Source of the DNA: Batkoa obscura
Taxonomy: Eukaryota
Reading direction: 5' to 3'
NCBI GenBank assembly: GCA_030770535.1
Contig: JASVEC010000017.1
Span: forward strand, 868,001-932,000
DNA length: 64,000 nucleotides
The notes below the pieces were generated by a model, which was not told the origin of the DNA, searched no databases, and worked only from the letters and a program-made list of their open reading frames with translations. Made by a program: the position numbers and the translations under genes. Positions 62,337-64,000 of the stretch are shown piece by piece (within the stretch, counting starts at the first letter, position 1; each line of letters opens with the position of its first letter).

Positions 62337-63618
62337 TTGACTGTTATATTTTTGATTTTTTATAATAAATAAAAGGAAATATCGTTTCTATATAGAAGCC
62401 TAAATCAGCCAATAAGTTATAGGAATTTACTCCAAATCCTTAGAGCGCTGCGCGTTTCGGGACAAAGGCGTCGGGATTGAAATTATGGGATAAACATTCT
62501 TTTTATATTAACGAATAAATAACATAGATTACTAGTAGGATTGGTATTTAAGTATGTTTTACAACTCTAGAATTTTATAATTAAGAACACAAATTAAAAT
62601 TGAAAAACTGTACAATTTTTAACCAATCATACTCAATTCTCTCTTAATCTAATTAAAGAAATCTATAGGTTCTCCAACTTTCCAGTAAGCCCGCTATCCA
62701 TCGTAGCTAGTTTTCTGATTTCATAATCGAATTTAATCTGATAATATTAAAGGTGAGTCATGCTAATAAGCAATTTGATTCAACTAAAATCGGTTTTTAA
62801 TAAATTTATTTATACAAATTTGGTAAGTCACTTTTTAAGTTTAGAAAAAGTTAAAAATAAATTTATTAAATCACAAATTATCTCTATCGGCTTTCGAATT
62901 GATTATTAATTTTCAATAAAAGAAAATTAATTAAAAAAATTTAAATTTTAAGATAGGAACCGGATATTAGGCTAATACCCCATCAGATAGTACTTTACTT
63001 CTTTTATTAGTTTGCAAAATCATAGCAATTAGCAATTCAAATGTTTGTATTATGTTTTTACTCTTTGATATTTAAACTATAAGTTTATATTTAACGATCT
63101 TTTAGTTAATGAGATAATTTTAACAGCACCATTTTAATTTTTAATTTATACTTTTCAGTTACCCATATGATTAAATGTAGTTTTTTTACTCCAAGACTAT
63201 ACCTTTTTGAAAAATGTTTAAAATACCGAGATAGAACATCCACAAGCAAAAATTTAACAAAATGCTAAAAATTTATAGTGTTTTAATAACTAGCCTAGCT
63301 GTTATAATCACTTGTGATAGTTATAAAGTCTAAAGCTATCAACAAAGAGTTTAAACAAATAAAGTTGTTATTACTTATCAAATTCAAACATATTTTTTTA
63401 CTTAAACAATGTACACCGTTTTTTAAAATGTATAAAACTCTGACGATTAGCAATTGCAAGCAAAAAACTTAACAAAAATTTAATAAAGCCAAATATGTAT
63501 ATTTTTGAAAACACTGTATATACCTATAAAGATACTATGTACTACTTTCAGGTGTACTTGTATTATTTTCATTTCATTTTTTTATTTTTTTGAATGCTAG
63601 TATTAGACAATATATGGG

Positions 63619-64000
63619 TGTGAAAGTTGGTACTCAGTGGTAGGAGTTAAAAGCAGTTCTTGGTTGATTAACTTGCCTTGAGTCGAATGGTCTTAGTTTA
63701 TGTAACTAAGATAGACTTAAATGAATAACAATAATACGTAATAAGCTACGAACTATGTAAAACAAATAGAATAGAAGATACTACTGTAAAATCTACGTAA
63801 GATATTGTCAGAAAGACTTGGTGACTTTATTAATAGTACGATATGGGGGTGTTTTTTTTGGCTTCATTATTTTTTCCATCTTTTAAGCGCTATTTGAGCG
63901 GAAAAATTGTTAGTAAAATTCTTAAACAAAAAAGACATCTCCATATCAGGGAGTAATTCAGTTAAAAAGCCTCAAGTTATCATGTTGAAGGATCTCTTTT
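63619..64000 (+). mobile_element. LTR-like element (truncated by the window end) carrying a nested MITE
   Basis: Starts TGTGAAAGTTGGTACTCA; colinear with the reverse complement of 17055..17518. Confidence 0.75.
63841..63946. mobile_element. ~98-bp MITE inserted in the LTR-like element
   Basis: GTACG|ATAT|GGGGGTG...CATCTCC|ATAT|CAGGG versus the empty site GTACG|ATAT|CAGGG in the copy near 17290. Confidence 0.93.

Noticed and set aside
5258..63946. Reading the MITE as a TA-targeting Stowaway/Tc1 element
   Set aside because: Formally compatible with the empty site, but invariant ATAT flanks and the ATTT/ATTT copy fit a 4-bp TSD better; not fully excluded.

Overview
Very AT-rich, intron-containing eukaryotic DNA, almost certainly fungal. 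It carries FKS-type glucan synthase, a Rom/Rgf-type RhoGEF, PRM10 and TGL1. A type IIC Na/K-ATPase-like pump and many short introns suggest an early-diverging lineage such as Zoopagomycota/Entomophthorales; that placement is inference only. About 15 conserved genes are present: FKS1 (5'-truncated), CIA2, PTC7, GH13_5 alpha-amylase, DRE2, a Cid1-like nucleotidyltransferase, C1-THF synthase, a DinB-like protein, a RhoGEF, TGL1, a P-type ATPase, a P450, PRM10, TRAPPC11 and a PPR protein. Two accessory regions stand out. (i) 3.8-8.8 kb is a 7-copy tandem array of B12D/NDUFA4(COXFA4)-like microprotein genes, 5 intact and 2 disabled. (ii) 15.9-25.7 kb is a transposon-rich island holding at least 7 members of an unrecognised small secreted-protein family, several of them killed by C-to-T nonsense changes. 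Mobile DNA comprises about 15 copies of a ~98-bp MITE with GRG...CYC ends and 4-bp ATAT/ATTT target duplications (Sola-like), a Tc1/mariner-like MITE and three solo-LTR-like elements. The C1-THF synthase also has a hidden in-frame upstream exon that would add a mitochondrial presequence. All gene models were read by eye; no database search was run.
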